IMG/VR virus record: IMGVR_UViG_3300049929_000026
Location: 73,619 to 137,618 of that record
Reading direction: 5' to 3' (one strand)
DNA length: 64,000 bases
Origin: a virus
Below, one piece after another: positions 28,537 through 38,221 of the stretch; position 1 is the stretch's first letter, and each line of letters begins with the position of its first letter. The notes under the pieces were generated by a model, which saw nothing but the letters and a program-made list of their open reading frames with translations, was not told where the DNA came from and did not search any database. The translations under genes and the position numbers were made by a program.

Positions 28537-30362
28537 GTACCGAGCACAATCTCGACCCGGCGATTCAGCGCTCGGCTTGCCTCATCATTCGCGCTGCCAG
28601 GAAGGGGCTTGGTGTCCCCGAAGCCGTCGACCGCAACGAAGCGGCGCGCCGGGAAGTGCGAGGTCGACTGGTTCATCAGCCATGCCTTCACCGCTTCGGC
28701 CCGAGCCTTTGACAGCACGAGATTGTTCGCCGGATCGCCGGTGTTGTCCGTGTGTCCGTCGATCTCCACGGAGAGTTCATCCGCAATGAGCAGGCCGTCA
28801 CGGAGCTCACGAAGCTGCTTCATGGAATCCGGCGTGAACGAGGCCTTGCCGGTTTCGAAGTTGATGCTCCACGAACGCTTCGACACCACGTTTTTGATGT
28901 CGGTTTCGACCTGATAGACCGGCATGTCGGCCGTGGTCTTCGACTCGGAAGTCCTCGCCACGTCCTGCACGAACGACGTGTTCAGAACCTCGGAAACAGC
29001 CGGGTAGCTCGGGACGAGCTTCGGATATTGCTGGTGAACGATGTCGCCGAATACCGTGTAGGTCGCGGCGAACACATTGGCCGAGCCCGGCGCGAGCCCG
29101 AAGAGTTGCAGCGTGTCCTGCAGGTTGTTGATCGCCGAGCCGCCGAGCTCCACCATGACCCCGGTCTTGTCCGCCTCGGTCGCGCCCTTGTAGTACTTCA
29201 GCCAATACTCGGGCGACTCCTCCTTGTTGTAGACGAGCCACGATGCCTTGGCAGCGCGCTGCTGAGCTTCCGGAAAGCTCTTGATCTGATCGGCCGCCTC
29301 GTAGACCGCGGAGAGGAAGCCGTCGATCTCCTTGCGGTTGTCCTCGTCCCACTTCTTGATCCCGATCATGACAGCGGGCATCTGGCTTCGATATTCCTTA
29401 GTGGAGACGATCTTGACGAGCCCGCCCTTCTTCATGGCTACGTTCACGTCTACCGGCGTCCAGGATGATACGGCGTTGACGCACACATGCTTGGTCTCGC
29501 CGTTCCGCTTTCCGTCGATGACCACCGGGCGGTCCTCGCACACGCCATTGATGTACGCCTCGCCTGCCTTCACGAAATCATCTGCCGCGTAGAAGTTGAT
29601 CGCCGACGGGTCCCAGGTCTTCTCGTTCGGGTTGACCTTGATCTGGTTGTCACTTGCCCACTTCATCGGGATGTTCCAGTCGCCGCTGCGGAGCGCGACG
29701 GATAGCAAGCAACCTCGCGCGGCCTTCGGATTCGTAAGCCATTCGGCAGGTCCCTGGAGCTTGTCCTCGCCGCGGGAGTACCCGAACGCCGCGATGATCT
29801 CGCCATGGTATTGGGGCCCGAGTTTCAGCTTGTCGATCAGGCTGTTGATGTTGGCGAGGATCACTGCCGTGCCGTCACCCATGTCGGTCATGAAATGGTA
29901 GCCCTCGGTCGGCTGCGCCTCGCCCTTGGCGAGCGCCGTAGCGAAGTCCACGAGCGACGTCTGCATCTTCCCGTCGTCGTCCTCACGAATGAGCTTCAGG
30001 TTCACCCCGTGCTTCTCCATGAGGCTGCCTCGGGTCGTCAGCGGTCCGCCGTTGGCGTACGGCAGAGCGAACTGCGCGTTCCACGCCATATGGGCGGAGC
30101 GGATCTGAGGCGCCGCTACGACCGTCACGGCTTCGCTCGGTTGTGGTAGCGGCTTCACGTTTGCCGCATGCACAGCTTCGGGTGCTGACGGCAGATCGGG
30201 CAGGGCAGCTACTTGCGGAACGGCAGCGACTACCGATTCATTCGGCCCGAGCGCGTAGCCGTGGTCGTGCGCCCATTTGAGACCAAATACACCGGCGACG
30301 ATTGCACCGATAAGACCGATCATAACGAGTCGGTCTTTCTTCATTCTGAATTGAGTTGCCAT
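28533..30362 (-). CDS. membrane-anchored substrate-binding protein fused to OmpA-like peptidoglycan-binding domain
   Basis: N-terminal TM; SBP-type middle; C-terminal INFETG...IDGHTDNTG...LSKARAEAV...NRRVEI. Confidence 0.9.
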   Translation of the reverse strand: MATQFRMKKDRLVMIGLIGAIVAGVFGLKWAHDHGYALGPNESVVAAVPQVAALPDLPSAPEAVHAANVKPLPQPSEAVTVVAAPQIRSAHMAWNAQFALPYANGGPLTTRGSLMEKHGVNLKLIREDDDGKMQTSLVDFATALAKGEAQPTEGYHFMTDMGDGTAVILANINSLIDKLKLGPQYHGEIIAAFGYSRGEDKLQGPAEWLTNPKAARGCLLSVALRSGDWNIPMKWASDNQIKVNPNEKTWDPSAINFYAADDFVKAGEAYINGVCEDRPVVIDGKRNGETKHVCVNAVSSWTPVDVNVAMKKGGLVKIVSTKEYRSQMPAVMIGIKKWDEDNRKEIDGFLSAVYEAADQIKSFPEAQQRAAKASWLVYNKEESPEYWLKYYKGATEADKTGVMVELGGSAINNLQDTLQLFGLAPGSANVFAATYTVFGDIVHQQYPKLVPSYPAVSEVLNTSFVQDVARTSESKTTADMPVYQVETDIKNVVSKRSWSINFETGKASFTPDSMKQLRELRDGLLIADELSVEIDGHTDNTGDPANNLVLSKARAEAVKAWLMNQSTSHFPARRFVAVDGFGDTKPLPGSANDEASRALNRRVEIVLGT

Positions 30363-30394
30363 TCTATTTTCCTTACCTTGTGTTGGTTGGGCGC

Positions 30395-31417
30395 TCAGAG
30401 CTTGTCGAACAAATTGCCGAACGACTGGGTTTTCTTTTCGGCGGCCGGAACAGCGTCGTCTTCGTCTGGCTGCAACGATGAATCCGAGCCGATACGGAAC
30501 TTGGTTTTACCGGTACCGCCTTCGAGCAGATTGCTCGCGCGCTTGTCCCAGGCTTCGAGCTTGGCCATTGCATCCAAGTCCGCAACCCCGTTCTCGAGAT
30601 CCATCGTGTTGATGAAGTCCCGAGAGTCCTCCATGAATTGGTCGATCTCGCCGAGCTTGTTGAAGTAGTCGTTCTGCGTGCTGCTGAGCGCGAGATCGAA
30701 TGCCTCGCGGTCCTTGTCAGCCTGAAGGATTGCCTTCGAAGCAGCCATCGCTCGGTAGCTCGCGCGAATCGTGGCTCGCTTCTCGGTCTCGTCTTCGACG
30801 GTGTCCTCGATGTCGGCGATCATGTACTTGGACGCTTCCTGCACCTTCTCCATGAGAGCGATGTGGGCCTTCACCTTGTTGCGCACCCCTTGATAGGTGA
30901 GCGTCGTTTTCTCCAGTCGACCGGCCTTCCGTGCCTGTAGCGAAAACTGCGTCTTCATGCCCTGCTCAGCACCGTGATCTCGCGCCTGCTTGGCGAGGTT
31001 CATACTGCGCTCATAGTCGGCCGTTTTGGTCGCGATGAGCTGGTCCAGCTTCCGAAGCTGAGCGCGAAGCTCGCCCAGCGCATCGGCGATGCCCGCGTAC
31101 TTCTTCTTGAGCTCCTCGACGTAGCCCTTGAGAATCGAAATCGGGTCGATATCGATCACGACCTGCGTCAGAGCCCGCGTCGCCATCTTGTAGCCCATCC
31201 AGAACAACCGATGCAGGTCCTTGCTGACGACAACCCACCCGACGATCGCAACGGCAGCGGCGAGAGCCGACGTGTAGAGCAGGTTTTCAAGCACCCGCTC
31301 GAGCAATGGCAAAATCAGGTCGACGCTCTTCAGCGCGAAGAATCCGCCCACTCCGATCCCGAGCCACGCGACCCAGTTCTCAGGGCGCTGCCAGGGTTTC
31401 TTTTGAGCTTCTTCCAT
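30395..31417 (-). CDS. 2-TM coiled-coil protein (PspA-like)
   Basis: Two TM helices, then IDPISIL and a long coiled coil. Confidence 0.7.
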   Translation of the reverse strand: MEEAQKKPWQRPENWVAWLGIGVGGFFALKSVDLILPLLERVLENLLYTSALAAAVAIVGWVVVSKDLHRLFWMGYKMATRALTQVVIDIDPISILKGYVEELKKKYAGIADALGELRAQLRKLDQLIATKTADYERSMNLAKQARDHGAEQGMKTQFSLQARKAGRLEKTTLTYQGVRNKVKAHIALMEKVQEASKYMIADIEDTVEDETEKRATIRASYRAMAASKAILQADKDREAFDLALSSTQNDYFNKLGEIDQFMEDSRDFINTMDLENGVADLDAMAKLEAWDKRASNLLEGGTGKTKFRIGSDSSLQPDEDDAVPAAEKKTQSFGNLFDKL

Positions 31418-32083
31418 TTAGAGGGCCTTCCCGTGTTCGGCTACTTGGGCCTTTTGCTGGTCGATGTGAGTCCGCGCCGCGTCGTATTGGAGCTTGAAAC
31501 GCTGCTGAACGAGATCGAGTTTGTGCTGCGCCTCGGCGAGCGCTGACAGGTCTCCGGCACGCTTGTCGTTCAGGCCAATGACCTGCTGCTCCAGGCTCGC
31601 GATCTGCGCCTTCGCAGCCGCGATCTGCGTGTCGTAGTCCTGCACGGCGTTGCGCTTGCTGCCGACGCGCGCGTTGAACTGGTCCTGTAGTTCCTTGGAG
31701 AAGACGCGGCTCTTCTCCTCCAGCGCCCCGATGTAGACGTCGTACTCGGACAGAACAGCCGAGATTGGCGTGCCTTTGGCGGCGAATATCTTGAGCGCAG
31801 TCTGAAAGCGCAGGGCTTCGACGGGGATCGCCGCTTCCAGCGTCGAGAGTAGCGATTGGAGCTCGGGGATCAGCTGCACGTTTGCGACCTTCAGCGCTTC
31901 TTGCAGAGCCGCCTTGGCCGACTCGTCATACTTGGCGATCCGCTCGGCATCGTCATTGGGCGCGGCTGCCGGCGCTGGCGCTACAGCCGTCACAACGGGC
32001 ACGGACGCCGCTCCAGTCTCCGCGACCTCTACGCTCTCGGCTAGACCGAGCGACGCCATGCCTTTTTTTAGGTTTTCGAACAT
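31418..32083 (-). CDS. coiled-coil protein, first gene of the ABC/OmpA operon
   Basis: AAGGA RBS; heptad-rich; abuts the next gene. Confidence 0.7.
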   Translation of the reverse strand: MFENLKKGMASLGLAESVEVAETGAASVPVVTAVAPAPAAAPNDDAERIAKYDESAKAALQEALKVANVQLIPELQSLLSTLEAAIPVEALRFQTALKIFAAKGTPISAVLSEYDVYIGALEEKSRVFSKELQDQFNARVGSKRNAVQDYDTQIAAAKAQIASLEQQVIGLNDKRAGDLSALAEAQHKLDLVQQRFKLQYDAARTHIDQQKAQVAEHGKAL

Positions 32084-32868
32084 GCTTTTTCCTTCGCTAA
32101 ATCAAGGACCATCTCGACACACGGCGCTCCGTATTCGGCAAACCCAGTGCGCACTGTCAGGTTCGGCGATGGCTGGAACGTCGCGCGGCCATGCGTGTGC
32201 CCGCAAAGCACCTCGATCTCACGGTCTTGGTTCTTGCGCGCCCATTCGAGAAGAGCATCGCCGAGCGCCTTGTTTGTGAACCACGGCAGCCAGTTCGCGT
32301 CGCTCTGTTTGCCGTTATAGACGCTCGACTCCGCGAACGGCGGGACGTGCGTCGCGAAGATGATGCGCTTCGCTGTGGTGCGCGAGAGAGTCTCCAGCGT
32401 CTTTTGGTGGAAGTGGTCGCCGATCATGCGCAGCGCTGGGATCAACGTTCCTGACTGCACGCACTCACGAAGGTCTTGAATCTCCGACCAATCGTTCAGC
32501 TGAACGCTGCTAGTTTCGGGTGACCCAAACCGAGCGTCGTACCAGCCATCTACCCCGCAGAGATCTGCATCGGGAGTAAGGTGGAATACCGCACCGGAAT
32601 CCAGATACGAGCAGCCGAATGCCTTTCGGACCGAGCGCGCAACGCTGGCAAACTCGCCGCCGTAGAAGTCGTGGTTGCCGAGTACGAAACAAACTGGCTT
32701 TCGGTAGTTGCGCTGAAAGACTTCGAGCAATCGAATGACCGTGCGCGCCGTACCTATGTCTCCAGTGATGACGCAGGCATCCGACACGCCGGCCGTCTTC
32801 GACGCAAGGTCGATTGTTTTACCGTGCCCTGCATGATCGAAATGTGGATCGGTTATCCAGGCGAGCCT
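32068..32868 (-). CDS. calcineurin-like metallophosphoesterase
   Basis: TDPH, TGD, LGNHD, THVPP, CGHTH. Confidence 0.92.
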   Translation of the reverse strand, partial: RLAWITDPHFDHAGHGKTIDLASKTAGVSDACVITGDIGTARTVIRLLEVFQRNYRKPVCFVLGNHDFYGGEFASVARSVRKAFGCSYLDSGAVFHLTPDADLCGVDGWYDARFGSPETSSVQLNDWSEIQDLRECVQSGTLIPALRMIGDHFHQKTLETLSRTTAKRIIFATHVPPFAESSVYNGKQSDANWLPWFTNKALGDALLEWARKNQDREIEVLCGHTHGRATFQPSPNLTVRTGFAEYGAPCVEMVLDLAKEKACSKT

Positions 32869-33006
32869 CATGGTGTGGTGGTCTCACCAGGTTGAGGAGC
32901 CAGGTAGCCTCTAGCGAGAGCCCAATCCAAAGGCACCGGGCCTAGTGCCGTAGGCAGGCAGCTCGCGCAGAGACCGAGCCCAACGCGCGGCGCCAATCTG
33001 GAAGCA

Positions 33007-33110
33007 GTGACACGTGTCATGGCGCTGCGCCGTGACTTCTCGGATCGCCGGCGAGCTCTTGAGCAGCTGCACCTCCCCGACGGCTCTGCCCGAGCCGTTT
33101 GATATTATTT
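33007..33110 (-). ncRNA. putative TnpB omegaRNA 3' part / IS right end
   Basis: GAGAAGTCACGGCGCAGCGCCATGACACGTGTCAC stem ending in TCAC at ~33007, overlapping the tnpB 3' end. Confidence 0.5.
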
Positions 33111-34210
33111 GCGGCGTTGACGTCGCGGTCCTCGACCAATCCGCAGTGCGGACAATCGTGAACGCGCGTGCCGAGGTCCTTTCGAACCACCGTATCGCAG
33201 CCGCTACACCTTTGCGATGTCCCACGTGGATCCACTTCGAAGAAATCTCGCCCGGCGCTTTCAGCCTTGGCTTTGAGGATCGTAGTGAACTGAGACCACG
33301 AGGCATCAAGAACTTGTTTTGCGAGGCGACCACGAGCGAGGCCGGCCACGTTGAGTTTTTCTACGGCGATCGAATCGAAGCGCTGCGCGAGTCCGAGCGC
33401 GACCTTGTGCTGGAAATCGAGGCGCGTCCGGCGGATCTTGTCGTACCGCTTCGCGAGAAGCTCGACGGCTTTACGGCGACGACGCGATCCGCGTTTCCGA
33501 CGCGCAACACGTCGCTGAGCGATAACGATCTCTCGCTGGGCGGTCTCGAAGAAGCGCGGATTAGCGACCATCTCCCCGTTACTGAGCGCAGCGAACGTCG
33601 CGATCCCGACATCGATCCCAACGCTCTGCCCCGTCGAAGCCGCTGGCTTCGACGGCACATTGTCGCACGCAAATGCGATATACCAGTGCCCATCACCAGA
33701 GAGAGTGACCGACGCGGTCTTGATGCGGCCCTCGATCGGTCGGTGGATCCTGATCTTGACATTACCGATGCCGTGGATGCGCACACGTTTCCCGCCCGCA
33801 CAAAGCACCGCCCCACCCTTGCCGGCTTGAGGAAAGGTGAATGTACGGTAGCGGCCGGGTCCCTTGAATCGCGGGAACCCCGCCTTTTTCTTAGCCTTTA
33901 CCCTTCGAAAAAACGCGCGATAGGACTTCTCCAGTCTTTTGAGGACGTCCTGAAGCACTTGCGCGTAAATATTCGCGAACTCCGGACGCATCGCCTTGAC
34001 CTCCGGTAGGTCGCCCATCTGCGAATAACAAGTGACCTTTACTCCTGCTCGGTACGCCGCGATGCGTTCTTGCAGGCTCGCGTTGTAAAGCTCACGCAGC
34101 AACTCGAGCGTGCCCCGCATCGTCGCCTCTTGAGCGCGAGTTGGATAAAGGCGATAGCGGAAAACACGAATCACGTGGTACCTATTCTGAGCCCGTTGAA
34201 AGCGGGCCAC
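33017..34210 (-). CDS. tnpB: IS200/IS605-family TnpB with intact RuvC; no tnpA in window
   Basis: FRYRLYPT HTH, GIDVG, AVEKL, TSQRCSGC...CPHC, DRDVNAANNI; hairpin at 34211-34243 may be the left end. Confidence 0.95.
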   Translation of the reverse strand: MARFQRAQNRYHVIRVFRYRLYPTRAQEATMRGTLELLRELYNASLQERIAAYRAGVKVTCYSQMGDLPEVKAMRPEFANIYAQVLQDVLKRLEKSYRAFFRRVKAKKKAGFPRFKGPGRYRTFTFPQAGKGGAVLCAGGKRVRIHGIGNVKIRIHRPIEGRIKTASVTLSGDGHWYIAFACDNVPSKPAASTGQSVGIDVGIATFAALSNGEMVANPRFFETAQREIVIAQRRVARRKRGSRRRRKAVELLAKRYDKIRRTRLDFQHKVALGLAQRFDSIAVEKLNVAGLARGRLAKQVLDASWSQFTTILKAKAESAGRDFFEVDPRGTSQRCSGCDTVVRKDLGTRVHDCPHCGLVEDRDVNAANNIKRLGQSRRGGAAAQELAGDPRSHGAAP

Positions 34211-34298
34211 GCATCCAGGTCGTGTAGCAGCGACGCTGGATGCTCTTCATTTGTAGCATGGACGGTGGTCAGTTGACCACGGTGAATAAAAACGGTCT

Positions 34299-35319
34299 TC
34301 ATGCTGCGCTTATTTTCCCTGCTTCAATGAGGATCCGGATGACGTGCCCGGCGACTTCCGCTTGTTGCGGGCTGCACGAATTGCCGAGCGCGGCGATCCG
34401 ATCACGGGCTCGGTCCATTCGACTGGAAACCCCATGAACCATTCGCAGAACGCTGGGGACAGGTGACCGCCAGCCTCCCGTGGCAAATTGCGTCCGCCTT
34501 TCGTTTGCTTCGGCGCAGGCTCGCGCTCGTCTCTCGAGCAGAGAGTCGGAAGCATCTCCTGCGACAACAATTCCTGAAGCGATGGCCCGCCCTGCGCGTT
34601 CTTCCCGCGTGAGGCCTTCCCGCGTGTCGCCGAACTCGCGGTTAGCGTCGGAAGCAGCCTGCGCGCTTCCTCCTGAACCATGCCCTGAAGCGTTGGGGAC
34701 TTCACGCCCCGCCTCCGACCGTAGGTTGCGCGACTCGTTGTAAGCGTCGGAAGAAAGACTTTGTTTCGCGAGCGATTGAAGCGAGTGGCGAGTTGGTCCG
34801 GGTTTTGCCCCCCCCCGATTCGATCCGTAGGTTTGCGCGGTCAAGGTGGGCAACAAGGAGGATTCGTCCGCGTCGGTGCGGAGCTCCGCAATCGCTTGCT
34901 GCAATCGGGACCGGTAACGACGCATAACCGCGCCGTTCCATTTCGCTGCGCACAGCGTCGACCCATCGAGAAGCACCCGAAGCAACGTTCTCGATGACGA
35001 GCCATTCGGGTTGAAGCTCGCTAACGACTCGGGCGCACTCGTAGAAAAGGCGGCTCTTAGGACCGTCGAGGCCAGCTCGCTTGCCAACGGAACTGAGGTC
35101 CTGACAGGGACTTCCAAAGCAGATGATATCGACGGGGGCGAGGTTGCTGCTTCCGACTTCGAGGACGTCATTGAACCTTTCAGCGTTCGGCCAGTGAGCG
35201 GCGAGCACCGCGCGGCAATGAGGCTCGAGTTCGACCTGCCAGATAGTTTCGCATCCGAGTGCTCGCTCCAGGCCCAGCTCGAGTCCGCCTATCCCGCTGC
35301 ATAGCGAACCGAGCTTCAC
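34299..35319 (-). pseudogene. C5-cytosine DNA methyltransferase (alpha chain), frameshifted near 34755
   Basis: CSGIGG, GSPCQDLS, ENV, PHRRGR in one frame; motif X IAALGNS in the next frame. Confidence 0.8.
34310..35171 (-). pseudogene. overprinted alternative-frame MTase subunit carrying motif IX, frameshifted at the same site
   Basis: Four LPTL repeats spread across two frames; C-terminal HLSPAFCEWFMGFPVEWT. Confidence 0.65.
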
Positions 35320-35792
35320 GCTGCCTCTCCGCCCTGCTCATGCCGTACAGCCTCAAGGGCCTGCTCCAAAGTCCGGCAACGCTCCGCACCTGGCAGCTCG
35401 CTGGAAGCGTTCCATGGCTGGTGAATCAGCACCCCGCGCCCACCGCGATTCACGAACTCTTCGATATTGTGCGGACCGTCGTCGATCATCACGTCGCCAC
35501 GGACCAAGTACTTTCGCTTGGCGAAGATGACGTCGTACTTCGAAAACCCGAAGTGCCTCTCCAGCCACCGAAGGCGCTCGAAAGTCCACAGGCGTGCGGC
35601 TGAGTAGGGGCTCGTCACGACGCTGGCGTACTCGTCAAACGGCGCCTGCCTATCCTCGAGCCCGAGCGCCTTTGTCAGGTCCCATTCCGTGAGCTGTTCG
35701 CGCTTATACTGCGGCCCAGCCCAACGCAGAAGCGCGCCGGCAAAGTCAGCGAGGATGCCGTCGACGTCGAGTAAAACAGTGGGCTTGTTCAT
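35316..35792 (-). CDS. HAD-family 5'(3')-deoxyribonucleotidase-like protein
   Basis: LLDVDGILADF, WLERHF, MIDD, PWN. Confidence 0.85.
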   Translation of the reverse strand: MNKPTVLLDVDGILADFAGALLRWAGPQYKREQLTEWDLTKALGLEDRQAPFDEYASVVTSPYSAARLWTFERLRWLERHFGFSKYDVIFAKRKYLVRGDVMIDDGPHNIEEFVNRGGRGVLIHQPWNASSELPGAERCRTLEQALEAVRHEQGGEAA

Positions 35793-35798
35793 CTATTG

Positions 35799-36134
35799 TC
35801 AACCAGTCTTAGCGGTTGCACTGCGCAACGTCGCAAGTACGCCAGCCAAGGCCCCAGGCCCGTTGTCGCGGTCATAAAGCCATTCACCGACGAGTTTACC
35901 TGGCTGGTTGCGATCGTTCTCCTGTCGCTCAGGATCAAAGAATCCGATCTTCATGACGCGACCCTTCAAGTAGTCAAACCGACGTTGCTCACGGAGCAAG
36001 GATGCCGCTTCGGCTTCATCCATCAAATCAGGCGTGAAGTGCAGTAACCCCAGCCCTTGCGGCCGGGCGCGGTTGTATAGCGCGGCCAATACGGTTGCTT
36101 CGTTCAGATCCGCGATGTCGATCAAGTCGCTCAT
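35799..36134 (-). CDS. conserved-looking phage hypothetical protein
   Basis: VLAALYN...FDYLKGRVMK...YDRDNGPG. Confidence 0.6.
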   Translation of the reverse strand: MSDLIDIADLNEATVLAALYNRARPQGLGLLHFTPDLMDEAEAASLLREQRRFDYLKGRVMKIGFFDPERQENDRNQPGKLVGEWLYDRDNGPGALAGVLATLRSATAKTG

Positions 36135-36670
36135 TTTGATGGCTCCTCTCCGGTGTAAATTTCGAGAATGCAAAAACCTTTGGACTTCAGCGGCGACTTT
36201 TCCCAGGACATATGAATGTCCGCGTGCGTCTCGTCGTCATCGACCAGGTAGCCAAGCCGCTTTTCACCGACGAGCAGCCTGTCGATCGCCATTTTTGCCC
36301 AGTCGCTGTGCCTGTCGGGAGCGCGACTTGAGAACCGGATGCACCGGATCATCGGTCGCCCGCGCAATGGCGTCGGCCGAATTGTACCGCGCACCTGCTT
36401 CAGCAGCACGACGAACAGATTCGTCTTCATCTTCGCGAGCGCCCAGCCGGGCTGATGGCGCGTGCTGTTCGTCGTCGGGCAGAGATCGATGGGAAGCGCG
36501 AAGCGGCGAACCAGCGCTCCTACTGGTGCCACGCGCCGGCTCTTGATTGGATTTTCTGGCGGAAGCTTCAGGACGGCATCCGCCGCCGCCAGCGCCTCTG
36601 CCGCATTGAACGGCGGCGAAGGCACCTTCGGCTTGCGAGCCTTCTTCGCTGGCTTTGCGGCTGCGGTCAA
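36131..36670 (-). CDS. RusA-like Holliday junction resolvase (tentative)
   Basis: PTTN...PDRHSDWAKMAIDRL...YLVDDD acidic pattern; TTG start inside the palindrome. Confidence 0.55.
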   Translation of the reverse strand: MTAAAKPAKKARKPKVPSPPFNAAEALAAADAVLKLPPENPIKSRRVAPVGALVRRFALPIDLCPTTNSTRHQPGWALAKMKTNLFVVLLKQVRGTIRPTPLRGRPMIRCIRFSSRAPDRHSDWAKMAIDRLLVGEKRLGYLVDDDETHADIHMSWEKSPLKSKGFCILEIYTGEEPSK

Positions 36671-37434
36671 GTGACCACCGACTGCGGTGCCCAATCCACC
36701 GACCCGCCGTAACGGCGGCGACTCCTCAGCACCGATTCGACAACAGCAGCCACGGCACCTTCTACGGTAGAGGCTTGATTGCTCTGGCCATAGACCGCGT
36801 CCTGACCACAGTCCCAAGAGTTCTCGCCCTTGCCAGGAAAAGGAATACCGGCCGGAATTTTCACGTCCGCGCCCACGATTCGCCTGACGAACCATCGCGG
36901 GCGTTTCCATGAGCGTTCCTCAATCTTCACCGTCGCGTCGTAGCTACCCTCTGGCATCGCGATCTTGACGGCCTGCTCACTCAAGACACGCGACGAGTAC
37001 TTGGCCTTGCCGAGCACGAAGTCGTCGATGTGAAAGGATCCACTCCGCCAATAAGGCACCGTCGAGCTCCAGCTCGAGCTGTCCCGCCAAACGCTCCACC
37101 AAATCGCCCAATCGTGGACGCTCCAGCTGATTTCACGGTCCTCGCAGCCGGCATTTCGGAGCAACCAGCGAGCGAGCGCCGCGACCGGGCGGAAGCTATC
37201 GATCGAGAAGTAGAGTGTGAGTAGCGGCACCGAGAAGCGAAAGCCGAAGCCCAGGCCCTCGTCTTGGCGTGCGGCAAAGCGGAAGCCCAAGTCGATGCGC
37301 CCGAGCAACCACTCCCAGTTGATCGAGCCGCCCAGAATGCGAAGCCAAGCGCGACCATGGCGCAACGGCGAACCAGTGCGCCCGGCTGGCTTGTCGTTTA
37401 GGTTCTGCCAGTGGAAGTGTACGCTATCGGACAT
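36667..37434 (-). CDS. hypothetical Trp-rich protein
   Basis: 255-aa in-operon ORF; ends VVT* within the palindrome. Confidence 0.65.
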   Translation of the reverse strand: MSDSVHFHWQNLNDKPAGRTGSPLRHGRAWLRILGGSINWEWLLGRIDLGFRFAARQDEGLGFGFRFSVPLLTLYFSIDSFRPVAALARWLLRNAGCEDREISWSVHDWAIWWSVWRDSSSWSSTVPYWRSGSFHIDDFVLGKAKYSSRVLSEQAVKIAMPEGSYDATVKIEERSWKRPRWFVRRIVGADVKIPAGIPFPGKGENSWDCGQDAVYGQSNQASTVEGAVAAVVESVLRSRRRYGGSVDWAPQSVVT

Positions 37435-37436
37435 GG

Positions 37437-37943
37437 TTAGTGCGCCCGCGTCTCTTCACTCTCGCCCGCGCCAGACTGCGCCAGGTATTCGTCGAGCGCA
37501 GCCTCGCTGTCGGCGTCACCGGCGGGCTCATCATCTTCGCCCGATTCAGCGTCGAGCTTTGGAACTCCGCCATCGAACAGATTGCCTTGACGCTCGTCTT
37601 CGACGGCTCCGCGCTCGTCAGCAGTCAGCGCGCGCTCGTCCACAATCTCGCCGTTGTCGCAGCGCATCGTCAGCATGATGCCGCGACGCTCGTCCCGCTC
37701 GTGATAGCATTGGATTTCGATCGTGGCCTTCTTGGTCTTCTCGGCCTCCTTCAATGGTTTCTGCTCACGCTTCAGAATATCTAGCTCCTCCTTGAACACA
37801 GCGTTGCTCGCTGACTGCCTTTCCTTGATTGCATCGATCTCCAGGTCGATCTGCATGTTGCGCTTTCGGCCAGCTGCTAGCTCCTCATCGCTCAGGTCGA
37901 TTTGGATCTCGTGCCCAAACGTCTCTCGTGTTTCATCGGTCAT
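37437..37943 (-). CDS. hypothetical acidic protein
   Basis: GAGG RBS; coiled coil. Confidence 0.65.
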   Translation of the reverse strand: MTDETRETFGHEIQIDLSDEELAAGRKRNMQIDLEIDAIKERQSASNAVFKEELDILKREQKPLKEAEKTKKATIEIQCYHERDERRGIMLTMRCDNGEIVDERALTADERGAVEDERQGNLFDGGVPKLDAESGEDDEPAGDADSEAALDEYLAQSGAGESEETRAH

Positions 37944-38221
37944 GGTGGTGTTCTTCCTCTGTATCTCGGGTGGTCACGTGACAACGGTGGAGGCTATACG
38001 TAAGTGCCTCCGTCCTGCTAGCTCGCATTTGCGTTTTTCAAGTCGTGCAATCGCGGCATCGAGAGCGCGCTGAGCAACCCGGTAGCGGTCCCGCGCCGCC
38101 CAACGTTTCCAACCGTTGCGTGGTTCGTACGTCGAGATCAGCGCTTGCTCGGCGCGATCGAATTCTTGCTCGGCGAGACGCAGGGCGCGCATCTCTGGGG
38201 TGAGTTGGGCGAGCATTCCGA

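Noticed and set aside
33014-34009. 331-aa plus-strand ORF antisense to tnpB, and similar long antisense ORFs such as 10325..11353 and 12892..13227
   Set aside because: Antisense shadows of genes with clear motifs
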